Source: Takakia lepidozioides
Lineage: Eukaryota > Plantae > Bryophyta
DNA length: 64,000 nt
Direction of reading: 5' to 3'
Assembly: GCA_030704615.1 (NCBI GenBank)
Contig: CM060734.1
Coordinates: 930,001 to 994,000 of the forward strand
Below, piece by piece: positions 12,760 through 25,959 of this stretch. The position numbers were made by a program, and so were the translations under genes. A model generated the notes under the pieces. The model searched no databases and had not been told where the DNA came from. It worked only from the letters and a program-made list of their open reading frames with translations. How positions within the stretch are numbered: position 1 is the stretch's first letter; the number at the start of each line of letters is the position of its first letter.

Positions 12760-14850
12760 GAACTTCAGTGTGTACAACTCTAAGAATGAGCACTTGTAGA
12801 AGTTGGAGTTATGCTTGGCCATATGCAGGATGAGAGGTCTCAGACTGAAACCGGAAAAATGTACTTTCTGTGTGAACTCAGGGGTACTACTAGGACACAT
12901 TGTGTGTAAGAAGGGACTGCTTGTGGATCCCAGAAAGACAGAGGCCATTAAAGCATCTCCACCACCAGGAAATACTAAAAGTCTAAGGAGATTCCTTGGA
13001 CAAACCAGTTATTACAGAAGATTTGTGAGACGGTATGCACAGATGGCAGCACCTTTGAGCAAGCTTCTGAAGATGGATGCAGTGTTTACATGGACAGCTG
13101 AATGTCAACAGGCTTTTGAGGAACTTACATTGTCAGTAACAACTACACTTGTGCTGATTAACCCTCACTGGCACGTAGTATTTCATGTACACTGTGATGC
13201 CTCAAGAGAAGCATTGGGAGCTGTGTTCTTGTGTACTATGCTAGCAGGTTATTGAACAGTGCTGAAAGGAACTATAGCACCACTGAAAGAGAAACATTGG
13301 CAATGATTTATGCAATCAAGAAATTCAGGCATTACCTATTAGGAAGGAAGTTTATGTTTTATGTGGATCATTAGGCTTTGATTTATCTGGTGAACAAGCC
13401 TTTGATAAGTGGCAGGATAGCAAGATGGTTAATAATCTTGCACGAGTTTGAATTCAAAGTTGTTTACAAGCCTGGCCGTTTGCATCTTGTGGCAGATCAC
13501 TTGTCACGCCCATCAACAGGAGAGGCCGCCACGGGAGTAGACAACCAACTACCTGATGCGAGTCTATTTGCACTGGAGGTGCAAGGAAATGCAGATGACT
13601 GGTTAGATTGGCAGTGGCCAATTAGATATTACCTTACTCATGGTCAGTGCCCACCCAGTTATGGGAAGGAACAAAGGAAGAGAATAGCTATCAAGGCTTT
13701 ACCTTACACTATGATAGGTGGCAGATTATATAAGCTAGGACCTGATGGAGTTCTGAAATGATGCTTGTACCACCATGAAGTAAATAAAGTTTTGGAGGAA
13801 GTTCATAAGGGAGTGGCTGGAGGTCATTTTGGAGAGGAGACTACCAGTAGGAAGATACTACTTGCAGGTTACTGGTGGCTTACTTTGTTCAAAGATGTGC
13901 ACAGGTATTGCAAGAGTTGTGATGAGTGTCAGAGGCTAGGACCTTTGCAAAGATCTAGGAAGATGGCTTTGCATCCGACGATGCCTACTGAACCATTTCA
14001 GAAATGGGGACTAGACTTTGTTCGACCAATAAACCCACCAGCCAGAAATACACAGAACAAGTATATAATCACAGCCACTGATTATATTACAAAGTGGGTG
14101 GAAGCTAAAGCTCTGAGGGATAACACAGCTAAGTCCACAGCAAGGTTCCTGTATGAGAACATACTTACAAGATTTGGCTGTCCCCTGGAATTTATTAGTG
14201 ACCAGGGAAGTCATTTCATTAACGAGACTATAGAACTATTGACTAAAGAGTTCATGATTGGAAGAGTACAACTTATTACCCACAGGGTAATGGGCATGCA
14301 GAGGCCACAAACAAAATACTATGCATTATCTTGGCTAAGATAGTCAATGCAAACAGAACAGATTGGGATACAAAGCTTCTGACAGCTTTGTGGTCATACA
14401 GAACTTCATATAAAGTCACAACCAAGTATACACCATTCCAATTAGTTTATGGTATAGAAGCTTTACTTCCAGTGGAATTCTTGTTATCTACCATGAGAAC
14501 TGAATGGGGAAGGAGAACGGAATTGGAAGATTCAATTAAAGTCAGGAAACATGAATTATATCATGTGGAAGAAGTACGTGTTGATGCAGCAGATAACATG
14601 ACCAGAATTCAGATGAAGAGAAAGGATCAATTTGATGAAGGTAAACTGAAAACTTTTAAGACGGGTGATTTGGTTCTATTGTTGCAGAAGAAGGGAAAGA
14701 TTAAAGCTTCTAAGCTTAAGTCACCATAGAAAGGACCTTATGTCATACAGAAGATGTATGACAACAACACAACCATGTTACAAACCATTAACAAAGAGAT
14801 GCTGGGAAGAGTCAATGCCAATAAGTTGAAGGGATATAGTGGTATCCATG
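12760..14850 (+). pseudogene. pol remnant of element B: RT C-terminus, RNase H, integrase, GPY motif
   Basis: [60 protein letters not shown]; multiple stops and frameshifts. Confidence 0.9.
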
Positions 14851-15154
14851 ACAAACCATTGCAACATGATTTGCATGTTGAAACACAGAAACAGTCACGG
14901 GCTGCACCGATAATACCAACGGAGTATGAAGCACTTGTCGTAAAGCCGAATGTGTATGGCCTGAGCGGAGAACACGGGTGTTTGCACAGTTATCACAGCC
15001 CATCGCAACATCACACAACCTATCACAGTTTACCATAGTTTGACACAGCCTGTCACAACCCAACACAGCCTACGCAGGTTGCACAGTCCATAGGGTCAGT
15101 GACAGGTGGACGCGGGTTAACGTCAGAAAAGTGGCCGGCAAGTGAAAGGACAGC

Positions 15155-18100
15155 TTGGAAGTCAAACTCGGAGAATGTGCCACTCGGACAGGGGAAGATG
15201 GGAGCATGTTTAAAATCGAACACGTGGCCACTAGGGCGAAGCACACCGCGGAGCATATATTGCAAAGTGGGTGTCATCATGCAAGAGGACAAACTGGGCC
15301 GTCAAAGTACCTACCCGGTACATCAGCCAAAACTATTTGTGGGCCCATTAATGCATTCAGGGCAAAGGTAACGGAACCCTTTACGTGTACAGAAAAGAGG
15401 GACCTTTGCCACATGTGCTATCCTAGTGGACATTCCAGGTGGGAATGTCCACTGAGGGAGGTAAAATTAAGAAGTTACCCAAGGAGACAACAGCCAATCA
15501 GGAGCGAGAATTTCATGCAGGTGGTTCCCTCCAAGAAACAAGAACAAGAAATTAGAAGAGTTATGAGCGGAAGAGTCGGGGTGGCTCCGAATAACCAGCG
15601 TCTCGACGGGAGGGGCAATCAAAGCTATAGCTTTGTAGCTATGGCGGATATTACAGACTACACATTAGCTTTACTTCTCACGCACTGGCGCAAGGACGGA
15701 CGGATTGAAAGAACATTCTCTCTTACCCACTATCTGCAAGCCCCACAAGCTTACACGCACTTACATGTTCCTTTCTGTGCCAACCATACCTTTATGCTCT
15801 ATGCCCTGCAAGCTTTCCGACAGCTGTTTCAAACAAGGCCTTCTTGTTTGTCTGGGATGAAGAGAGTTAGGGGAATGGAGGATATTAGGGTGAAGAGCAC
15901 CACGATTCTGCAGAAGCAAACAATTGCTACACCACAGGCAGTGCACCTGCTGAAGGAGTTGCGATTGGAAGGGCTGCTACGCAAGGACTGGTCCTTGCAT
16001 CATCGGAAGTATATGATTCAATTTATTTAGAACTTTGAGCCTCGGATAGGAGTTACCCAGGTGAGAGGAGTAGATATAGAAATTACTCCCCTGTACTTGC
16101 AACAATTGTTCGATTTGCCATCGGGTCATGTGGATGTGGATGATAGGGAATTTGTTCCAAGAAGGGAGTTTCTTTAAGACTCAAGGATATACCTGCACCA
16201 AGGCCGAATACCCAGGGCTAAGAGAAGTTGGCCAAATACTGAAGGTTCTGTTTGCCATGAACCAGAACCAACAGTACTTGAGCAGATCATTCACGGAGGA
16301 GATACTGAAAGCTTTGAGGGGAGAGGATGTAGCTTGGGCGGAGTTAATGTACAATGGTCTAGTGGAAGAGATGAAGCGGTTACAGGGCACTGCTGCTAAG
16401 TCTCCGATCATTGTGTCTGGCCCAGTCATTGCGCAAATTATTCTTGACTCTTGCATACTTGATGCACGAGAACGTAAGGAGATGGGAGTGTTTGAGACAG
16501 CAACCACTGCAATTGAGGAGCAGGGCTCTTCACATGGTGAAGGTGGATTGGAGGGGCAGCACCAGTCCAAGAGGCAGAAGCGGGATATGACTGTGGCAGA
16601 CCCACTAGCTTCAAGGAAACCACAAGATGATGTTTCCATAGCGCTTGCGTATGATGAGGAGCAGCAGCACAAGGGGTTGTTATTGCTGGAAGCACGGCCT
16701 TTGGAGAGGGAGGAAGAAGTCACCTCGATACCACAACCACCACAGCCAGATGACTCAGTTGTTCCAGGGGTCACTCAGTTAGTCCATGCTGTTACACCAG
16801 AGCCTATTGCTGTGGAAGGAGAAGGGTTGGACATTCCCACTACAGAGCAGGTAGTGGCAGAAATTGAGAAGGGTGACCTTCTCTATGAAAACTCTGGCTT
16901 GGTCAGGGAACCAGTGGTACCCAAGATGCAGAGTTTGTCCAAGCAAGTCCCTGTTGTGCATGTGATACCCAAACTTGTGGCGGAGGTTCCAGGGGTAGAA
17001 TGTAAGGGCACTGCAGCACATGTGGAGAATGAGGTCGTTCAGGAAGAAGATCTTGTGGGAACATGGCCTGAATGGTTGGTGAAACATCACACTGTGGAGA
17101 TTCAGGGGGACCATCAACAAGTTTCCCATGAAGACCCACAGCAGGCCATGCTTATGAGTTCCATAAGCATGACACTCAATTTGTTGGGCACTTATGTGAA
17201 ATCCCATGTTCCATCTACACAATTGGCAGCTTTGAGGGAGGAACTCAAGCAGGAGTTTGAGGCTAGAATTGCCACCGAGTGTGCAAATAAGGCGGATGTG
17301 GAGGCCAACCTCAAGTTGCAGAAAGAATTGGAGGACACGAAGGCTGCCCTGCAGCTGGCAAAGGGGAATCTAATTGAAGCGGGTCTAGAGCAGGAGAAGT
17401 TGCATGAAGCACATAAGCAACAGCTAACCAATTGCAGGTGAAGCATGAGAGCAAGTTGCAAATTGCCACAACTACTATAGACAATGTCTATAGTAGGATA
17501 GCGGAGTTACAGGATGATGTGGAAGGCCTGCAGACTCAAGTGGATGACCTAAGTTCTAATATTGACAAAAGAGTCTTTGTTCCTGAGGAGCAGCTGGTGG
17601 CTACTTATTTGCATGCCAGGACTCTGATTTTTCAGTCTTCTTCGCAGGAGGTGCAGGAGTTGTCAGTAGTAGGAAGGATAGTGGCGGCAATATCACAGCC
17701 CCCACAGCAGGTGGTTGACCCTGTTGATACCATGGCAAAGCCACAGTCTGAGGTTTGGGGGGATGTTGTTTTTAACCCACCGAGAACTCCTGCTGCACTG
17801 GAGTACAATCGGGCTATGATTATGCCCTTCAACCAAATTCCCATTGTGATGGATTTGGCTTGGAAGGAATTTAGTCCTCCACAGTCTTTGGCACATTATT
17901 GCCAGATCATGCGCATTTGGTTGCCAGTGGCAACTCGGACTAAGGTTCTTCCGAACAATCGACCCATTGAGGATCATCATTATGCAAGGTACTGGTCTGA
18001 GGCAGGCACCATGTTGAAGGAATTAATTGCTTTCCAGGTTGTTCATGGGTACATCTACACCAAGAACAAGGAAGTATCTAGTATTGTCATGGGTTGTGGA

Positions 18101-18832
18101 TTCTACTATGCTGCTTGTTTCATTGCGCGTTATCACATTGAGCAGCAGAAGATGCAATCACGATTTTTGAGTTATTCTAGTGGGGATAATTGGGTCTTAC
18201 CTTCAATTCCACCTCATATGTATCTGTATGATGCGAAAGTCATGATGCAGAAGGATTCCCAACTTTGTTCATGGTTTAATCTGGCTTGGAACAACTTGGC
18301 CAAAGAGAAATTGGGCCCTGATGATATTTTCTATAAGGGACATGAAGCCTGGAAATACTTACACTGTTCCAAAGTCATTGGCACACCTCTTACCTATATG
18401 GCAAAGGAGTTCAGGGAGTTCACACATTTTGCTTGCAAGCGATTAAAGCAAGTGGTACAGTTTAAGCTTCAGACATGGTGGGCCAACACTGTATGCCACG
18501 CAGGATTCCTGAGGAGCCACTTAAAGTTCGGCCACCGAAACACCTCAGGGCGGAAGATGATTATGATACTACTGGTTCTTCAGAAGAACCTTTTGACATG
18601 GCGGAGAATTATGCACTCCAGATGGCAGAGAAGAAACGACGGGAATCTCCTATGCCTGAGAGGTTACCTCGTTATCAACCACAGGAGGGTCAGACATTTC
18701 CATTTGGTGCTCAATCGCCTCCATCAGCCAGTGACAGGGCTCGAGCTCGCACACAAAGCCCTTCAAGAGACTCTCACTGACATAAAGGTGCTCGCTCACA
18801 AAGGTTTGCTGATCCTAAACAGTAAACCGTGA
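15155..18832 (+). pseudogene. Accessory 3' ORFs of element B (CCHC knuckle, coiled coil, unknown C-terminal domain)
   Basis: ORFs of 291, 437 and 466 aa lie between integrase and PPT on the sense strand and probably derive from one or two frameshifted genes. Confidence 0.65.
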
Positions 18833-18863
18833 GGACACGGCTTTTTGAGAGGGGGAGGGGTAA

Positions 18864-19396
18864 TGTTAGAGGGCTGTCTGGGACTTAGACACTTTTATGG
18901 GCTCTATGGGGTACCCTTAATTTTTGCGCAGACTTACGGATGGTAGATTTAGACCAACAGAGGTCTTAGGGGTGACAGACACATGCTTTAGGGGTGGTAG
19001 ACAGGTTTACACACTCAGTCACAGTCTTACACAGTCGTACACACCCTATCATAGTCTATCACAGCCAGACACAGCCTTACACAGTCTGTCACAGTCAATC
19101 ACAGCCTATCACAGTTAGTCACAGTCTATCACAGCTCGACACAGCTTCGCACAGCCAGTCACAGCCTGACACAGCACGACACAGCTCGACACATCTTTAC
19201 ACAGCCAGTCACAGCTCGGCACAGTCACAGCCCAACACAACTTGGCACAGCCCGTCACAACGTACGTAGGGAACGGTTGTGTGGGAACAGCTTGCAGATA
19301 GATTAAGGAGTGCAGCATCAGGGAGGGGATACACTTCATGGGGAGCACTTCTTTGTCATGCATGAGAGGAGATCAGGCGGAGAGCAAGAACGGGAG
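18864..19396 (+). repeat. 3' LTR of element B (3'-truncated)
   Basis: Starts TGTTAG after the PPT; homology to the 5' LTR stops at ...AAGAACGGGAG. Confidence 0.8.
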
Positions 19397-20559
19397 GGGG
19401 GCTGCTATTTCATGAGCCATGAGCCATGAGCGGCATGAGCCATGAGAGTGTCATAAGTGTCGAAAAAAACAATAGCAGGACTATTTTCCGGAAATGAGTG
19501 TCCGCGGGAATAGGGTTTAGGGTGTCACGGTCATAGGGGGAGAAGGACCTCCCGACGAAGGAGGTTCGGCAATGTTTTTTAGAATTACATATTGAAAGGC
19601 AATGTTTCGCGAATGGTAGGGTGGTACTGCTCTGTACAATGGGGGCCCATTTCAGCCTACCAGCCACTTGCAAAATCCACCCACACTCCCAATCCCAAAC
19701 GAAATGAGGAATGATGCATTTTGGGAACGATGGATACAGAATAGAACAAAAAGGGGGGCTGCTATTTCATGAGCGACATGAGCATGAGCGGAAAAAAAAA
19801 AAGCATGAGCAGACCATTGTGAGTCCACGGAAATAGGGTTAGGAGGCACGGAAATAGGGTCATGTGAAGTTGGAATGTGACACCAGTGGACTTGAAATGC
19901 AACATTTTATTGCAAATTTTGTGGCAAGCCACGTCTATACAAGTGTGTTCTAACTGTCATAGCCGGAATGGGCACTACTCTCCTACACCCTCCGAGGAAC
20001 TTGCCCCACCTTCTTCCTCATCCCCCTCATCCCCCTCATCCTCCGAGCTCTGTGATGCATCAGTTCCATTATGCCTCTCAAAAATCCCATCCTCTTGGGG
20101 GACTGTCCACCTCACCTCCTAGGAATCTTCTGCATCTTCTCCCCCACTTTCCTCAGCTGAATCCAAGACAAATCTACGAGCCTGACGGGCTCTAATAGCT
20201 GCTGCCTCCTCCCTCATCTTCATTTTCTTGAGGTTTGCCTCGTCTAAAATCTGTTGTACACGACTAGGTTCGGAACACCTTCTAATGGACACCGAAGCAA
20301 GCCGGGCAACATAAGTAGGAAGGATGTAGTCCCTTTCTGGACTAGGCATGAAATCCCCCCTGGCAAAAAAATGCACGTTCCTCCTGCCCATGAACTGCGG
20401 TGTAGACGTCCCTCCTACAGTAAGAACAAATCCACTTGAAGAATGTCAAGACCAGCAGAAGCAGAAACGGTCTTTCAATGAAATAAAAGAGCGAGGGAGG
20501 TGCCTCACAAAATCAGGAGGCAACTTACAATGCGACCACTCACTCGTAAACCATTTTCG

Positions 20560-21749
20560 CCACCATTTTCCTAGGTTGGGCCCGAAAATGGCTAAGTCCC
20601 AGAATTGACTGGGCGCGGAACTAGAAAAATGGCGCCGAATTTCCGGTTGCGGTTCCAGCCACCCTAGGGACTTAGCCATTTTCGAAGCCCTGAACTCGAA
20701 AAATGGCGCCATTTTTCCATTTTGGGGCTGAAAATGGCTAAGTCCCAGATCTGACTGCGCCCGGAACTGGAAAAATGGCGCCGAATTTCCGATTTTGCTG
20801 CCAGCCACCCTAGGGACTTAGCCATTTTCGGCATTTTTCCAGTTCGGGGCCAAGAATGGCTAAGTCCCAGATCTGACAGGGTGCGGAACTGGAAAAATGG
20901 CGCCGAATTTTCGGTTGCGGTTCCAGCCACCCTAGGGACTTAGCCATTTTTGGGGCCTTGAATTGGAAAAATGGCGCCATTTTTCCATTTCGGGGCCGAA
21001 AATGGCTAAGTCCCAGATCTGACTAGGCCCGGAACTGGAAAAATGGCGCCGAATTTCCGATTTTGGTGCCAGTCAGATCTAGGACTAAGCCATTTTCGGC
21101 CCCGAACTAGAAAAATGGCTTTTTTTTTGTTTTTTTTTCGGTGCCATTTTTCCAGTTTGGGGCCGAAAATGGCTAAGTCCCAGATCTGACTGGGCCCGGA
21201 ACTGGAAAAATGGCGCCGAATTTCTGATTTTGGTGCCACCCACCCTAGGGACTTAGCCATTTTCGGCCCCGAACTGGAAAAATGGCGACATTTTTCCTGT
21301 TCGGGGCCTAAAATGGCTAAGTCCCAGATCTGATAGGGCGCGGAACTGGAAAAATGGTGCCGAATTTCCAGTTGCGGTTCCAGCCATCGTAAGGACTTAG
21401 CCATTTTCGGGGCCCTGAACTGGAAAAATGGCGCCATTTTTCCATTTCGGGGCCGAAAATGGCTAAGTCCCAGATCTAACTGGGCCCAGAACTGGAAAAA
21501 TGGCGCCGAATTTCCGATTTTGGGTGCCAGTCAGATCTGGGACTTAGCCGTTTTCGGCCCCGAACTGCAAAAATAGCGTTTTTTTTTTTTTTTTTTTTTT
21601 TTTCAGCGCCATTTTTCCAGTTCGGGGCCGAAAATGGCTAAGTCCCAGATCTGACTGGGCCCAGAACTGGAAAAATGGCGCCGAATTTCCGATTTTGGTG
21701 CCAGTCAGATCTGGGACTTAGCCGTTTTCGGCCCCGAACTAGTAAAGGC

Positions 21750-21810
<61 letters not shown>

Positions 21811-21920
21811 CTAGTTCGGGGCCGTAAATGGCTAAGTCCCAGATCTGACTAGGCCCAGAACTGGAAATATGGCGCCGAAATTCAGATTTTGGTGCCAGTC
21901 AGATCTGGGACTTAGCCGTT
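20560..21920. repeat. Satellite / foldback-like array of ~60-bp subunits in alternating orientation, with poly-T tracts
   Basis: Recurring GGCTAAGTCCCAGATCTGACT and its reverse complement; GAACTGGAAAAATGGCGCC and its reverse complement; palindromic AAAATGGCGCCATTTT. Confidence 0.9.
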
Positions 21921-21946
21921 TTTAGGGTTTAGGGTTTAGGGTTTAG
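21920..21946 (+). repeat. Interstitial telomeric tract (TTTAGGG)n
   Basis: TTTAGGGTTTAGGGTTTAGGGTTTAG. Confidence 0.95.
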
Positions 21947-22810
21947 CGTCAAAACAAGTGTAGCAGTACAACGCGGATGCACCGGGTGCAAGATAAACAC
22001 GATCCGGGCAAACAAGTTTTAGGGGGGCCAGTTATGCACCCCTGGAAAAATTTCAGATCCTGTGAATCAAAGCTGAAAGGAGAGATCCTGATAGACAGGA
22101 AACTAGAATAGAAGTATGCGAGGTGTCCTGAAATGCAACTACAAACCTATGCAAGAGGCAAATGTGCGTATGAGAACTATTTCACTGGATGCACAGGAGA
22201 ATAAGAACCCTATCTCTGTTTTGCAAGAGAATGGACACACTAGGAACAACTTAGATGCAGATCTCACATGCACTACTCGAAAGGGAGTTTATGGCATAGA
22301 ATAGAAGTATGCGAGGTGTCCTGCAATGCAACTACAAACCTATGCAAGAGGCAAATGTGCGTATGAGAACTATTTCACTGGATGCACAGGAGAATAAGAA
22401 CCCTATCTTTGTTTTGCAAGAGAATGGACCACTAGGAACAACTTAGATGCAAATCTCACATACACTACTCGAAAGGGAGTTTATGGCATAGAACAGAAGT
22501 ATGCGAGGTGTCCTGAAATGCAACTGTAAACCTATATGCAAGAGGCAAATGTGCGTATGAGAACTATTTCACTGGATGCACAGGAGAATAAGAACCCTAT
22601 CTCTGTTTTGCAAGAGAATGGACACACTAGGAACAACTTAGATGCAGATCTCACATGCACTACTCGAAATGGAGTTTATGGCATGCCGTATAGACACAGA
22701 GCACATAACAATGCAATGATCTAAAGCAGGGGATACAAACGCATCTAAAACTCGACAACTTCAAAGGGTGAGACCACGAGGCAAGATCATGCAAAGTAGC
22801 GAAGCCAAAT

Positions 22811-22864
22811 CTTTATAGACCCCAGACTAGTTTCGCTCAGCGCGTGAGCTCATCAGTGGGAAAG
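22811..22864 (-). ncRNA. Type I hammerhead ribozyme (unit family)
   Basis: Minus strand TCCCA-CTGATGA-GCTCA-cgcgc-TGAGC-GAAA-CTAG-TC/TGGGG: complete core, stem I, 5-bp stem II, minimal palindromic stem III, GUC cleavage triplet. Confidence 0.9.
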
Positions 22865-22895
22865 AAAAGGAATGAGATACAAACCCCACCCCCCG

Positions 22896-22903
22896 CTTAT
22901 ATA
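22896..22903 (-). promoter_or_regulatory. TATA-box-like TATATAAG ~30-35 nt upstream of the hammerhead (present in every unit that spans this position)
   Basis: The same motif and spacing occur in the diverged unit (~42490) and the PLE (~39122, ~43827). Confidence 0.55.
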
Positions 22904-23658
22904 CTACTAGGCGTGAACTGCCTCGTGTGGACAATCTTCCAGTGGATGTCTCGTGAGGAGAAAAACCATCCAACAGATGTCTCGTACGGAGAGAATAGTC
23001 CAAAAAGTCTCGGTGGGAGAAAGTCATCCAATGGATGAAAACAAGTTCTCGACAAGAGAGAACTAGATCCAAAGAATAAAAATCATCCAAATAGTCAATT
23101 GCATATATCTCAAATACAACTAACTCCGTGAGTTTATGACTATGCAACAACCAATTATGCTGAAGTTAGAGCATGTTGTGCAAAGTCGTAAGGGCTGAAA
23201 CCACTTCGAAAGGAACGCACAACTCGTAAGAGCTTTGCACACGCAGACCATCGCGCAACCATCGTCTTGCTAAAGCCTGCAGCTGTGTTGTCCTGAATGT
23301 GTCCAACCACGATCCCCACCTTCCGACCTCCAAGACGAAACACGGCTCGGTCTTCGTATTGTTGCCTCATCACATGAATGAGCAGCTTGGTCAAAAGAAT
23401 GAAGATCAACATCTGCCTCCATTACGTGAAGGCGATTAAAGATGTGTTGCAGCTAACACTATAAGAAAGTTTAGGGTTCACATAAAGCATCAAAACAAGT
23501 GTAGCAGTACAACGCGGATGCACCGGGTGCAAGGTAAACACGATCCGGGCAAACAAGTTTTAGGGGGGCCAGTTATGCACCCCTGGAAAAATTTCAGATC
23601 ATGTGAATCGAAGCTGAAAGGAGAGATCCTGAGAGACATGAAACTAGAATAGAAGTAT

Positions 23659-25500
23659 TTGCAGTATCATCCCACCTGCCAGCTGCGGCATAGATGTTTG
23701 ATAGCAACACATAAGTCGCGCCATCCTGTTCATCCCACTAGAGGATAGATGTTGCCGTTCAGCCATCTCCACATTGCCATGGATTCTGCAGGCACCAAGC
23801 AAGGCCTTCCACACCACAACATCTGGATTTCAGTAGGCCAGTGTGGCTGCATGCAGAGAGAACACATATAAAGGTGATACTGTCCGGCTTCAAGCATTTC
23901 TTTTGCATTCCTTCAAATAGTTGCAGGACCTCCCTATGACAACCATGCTGGGCATATCCTGCGATCATCGCATTCCATGACACCACATTTCATTCAGCCA
24001 TATTGTCAAATACTCACTTTGCATCCTCACTGCACCCACATTTCACATACATGTCCACCAGGGCAGCGTCCAGAATGACATTTGGTACAGTTCCAGCTTT
24101 GATGATGTCACCATGGCGCACCTCTTTACTGGAATGCCATGCATCCATGCCTCCATGGAACACCATGCTCTGCCAGGCTTGCAAACACACACAAACATGA
24201 TATGGTCGGGCTTCACCCCTTCCCCCAGGCCTCCATCCCGCGCTCTGCTGTGCATATCCTGCAAGCATGGTGTTCCATGACACCAAATCTCATTCAGCCA
24301 TATTGTTGAACACTCCCTCCACATCCTCAATGCTCCCACATTTGGCATACATGTCTACGATGGTATTGTTCAGAATCACATCTGGTACAATTCCAGCTTT
24401 GGCGATGCAACCATGCACCTCTTTGCCCTTTTCCAGGGCTGCCAGGCTTGCACACGCAGTGCAAACGCACACAAACGTGATGTGGTCGAGCTTCACCCCT
24501 TTGCACATCATTCCAAGGCCTCCATCCCGCGCCCCTGCTGTGCATACCCTGCAAGCATTGAGTTCCATGACACCACATCTCGTTCAACCGTAGTCTTGAA
24601 AACTCCCTTCGCATCCTTAATGCACCCACATTTGGCATACATGTCCACCAGGGCAGTGTTCAGGATGACATCTGGCACAATTCCAGCTTTGACGATGTCG
24701 CCATGGGCCTCTTTCCCCTTTTCCAGAGCTGCCAGGCTTGCAAACACAAACAAATGTGATGTGGTTGGGCTTCACCCCTTCGCACATCATTTGCTTATAG
24801 GTCTGCAAAGCCTCTATCCCGCACCCTTGCTGTGCATATCATGCAATCATCGCACTCCACAACACCACATCTCGTTCAGCCATACTGTCGAACACTCCCT
24901 TAGCATCCTTGATGCACCCACATTTGACATACATGTCCACCAGGGCAGTGTTCAGCATGACACCGGGTACAATTCCAGATTTGACGATGCAACCATGGAC
25001 CTCTTTGCACTTTTCCAGGCTGCCAGGCTTGCACACGCACTGCAAACGCACACAAACATGATGTGGTTGAGCTTCACCCCTTCCCCCATCATTTGCTGAT
25101 AGGTCTCCAAAGCCCCATCCCGCGCCCCTGCTGTGCACACCCTGCAAGCATCGTGTTCCACGACACCACATCTCGTTCAGCCATAGGTTGAACACTCCCT
25201 TGGCATCCTCAATGCTCCCACATTTGGCATACATGTCCACCAGAGCAGTGTTCAGGATGACATCTGGTACAATTGATGATGTCACCATGGATCTCTTTGC
25301 CAGGGCTGCCAGACGCACTGCAAACGCACAGAAATGTTATGTGGGCGGTTTCACCCCTTCCCCCATCATTTGCTCATAGGTCTCCAAAGCCTCCATCCCG
25401 CACCCCTGCTGTGCATACCCTGCAAACATCACAATCCACCACACCACATCTCGCTCAGCCATAGTGTTCAGAATGACAGGTAATCTGACAGGCATTCACC
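23659..25500 (-). pseudogene. PLS-class PPR protein remnant with partial E domain
   Basis: Repeated VILNTALVDMYAKCG..DA..VF / DVVSWN.M.AGYAQ.G / PDSITFICVLSACSH.GL motifs and ATYVLLSNIYAAAGRWD; many frameshifts. Confidence 0.9.
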
Positions 25501-25805
25501 TTTTTGCCTCGGTTGTCCCACTGAAATGCAACTGCAAACCTATGCAAGAGGCAAATGTGCGTATGAGAACTATTTCACTGGATGCACAGGAGAATAAGAA
25601 CCCTATCTCTGTTTTGCAAGAGAATGGACACACTAGGAACAACTTAGATGCAAATCTCACATGCACTACTCGAAAGGGAGTTTATGGCATGCCGTATAGA
25701 CACAGAGCACATGATCTAAAGCAGGGGATACAAACGCATCTAAAACTCGACAACTTCAAAGGGTGAGACAACGAGGCAAGATCATGCAAAGTAGTAAAGC
25801 CAAAT

Positions 25806-25859
25806 CTTTATAGACCCCAGACTAGTTTCGCTCAGCGCGTGAGCTCATCAGTGGGAAAG
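25806..25859 (-). ncRNA. Type I hammerhead ribozyme (unit family)
   Basis: Core identical to 22811-22864. Confidence 0.9.
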
Positions 25860-25872
25860 AAAAGGAATGAGA

Positions 25873-25959
25873 TGTCGTGCGCATACATATCGCTACACAA
25901 CTACATCGCTGTCCAAACCACACCACACATATATATGCACAATAAAGTAGTCTGCCACA
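25873..25959 (-). repeat. 87-bp 3' terminal repeat (mini-LTR) of element C after the PPT (25961-25971)
   Basis: TGTGGCAG...GCACGACA on the minus strand; diverged homolog of the 85-bp repeat at 10520. Confidence 0.75.

Larger units (their letters stand above)
11114..19396 (+). mobile_element. Ty3/gypsy element B (non-chromovirus, Athila/Tat-like) with long accessory ORFs after pol; degenerate
   Basis: LTR-like direct repeats at both ends, degenerate pol at 12760-14850, PPT GAGAGGGGGAGGGG before TGTTAG at 18864. Confidence 0.8.

Noticed and set aside
19880-20400. Possible Mutator transposase fragment (CPFRL..HTC) on the minus strand
   Set aside because: Too short, interrupted by stops, and no DDE domain visible.
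20560-21920. Possible CRISPR array
   Set aside because: No unique spacers, repeats in both orientations, no cas genes, eukaryotic context.
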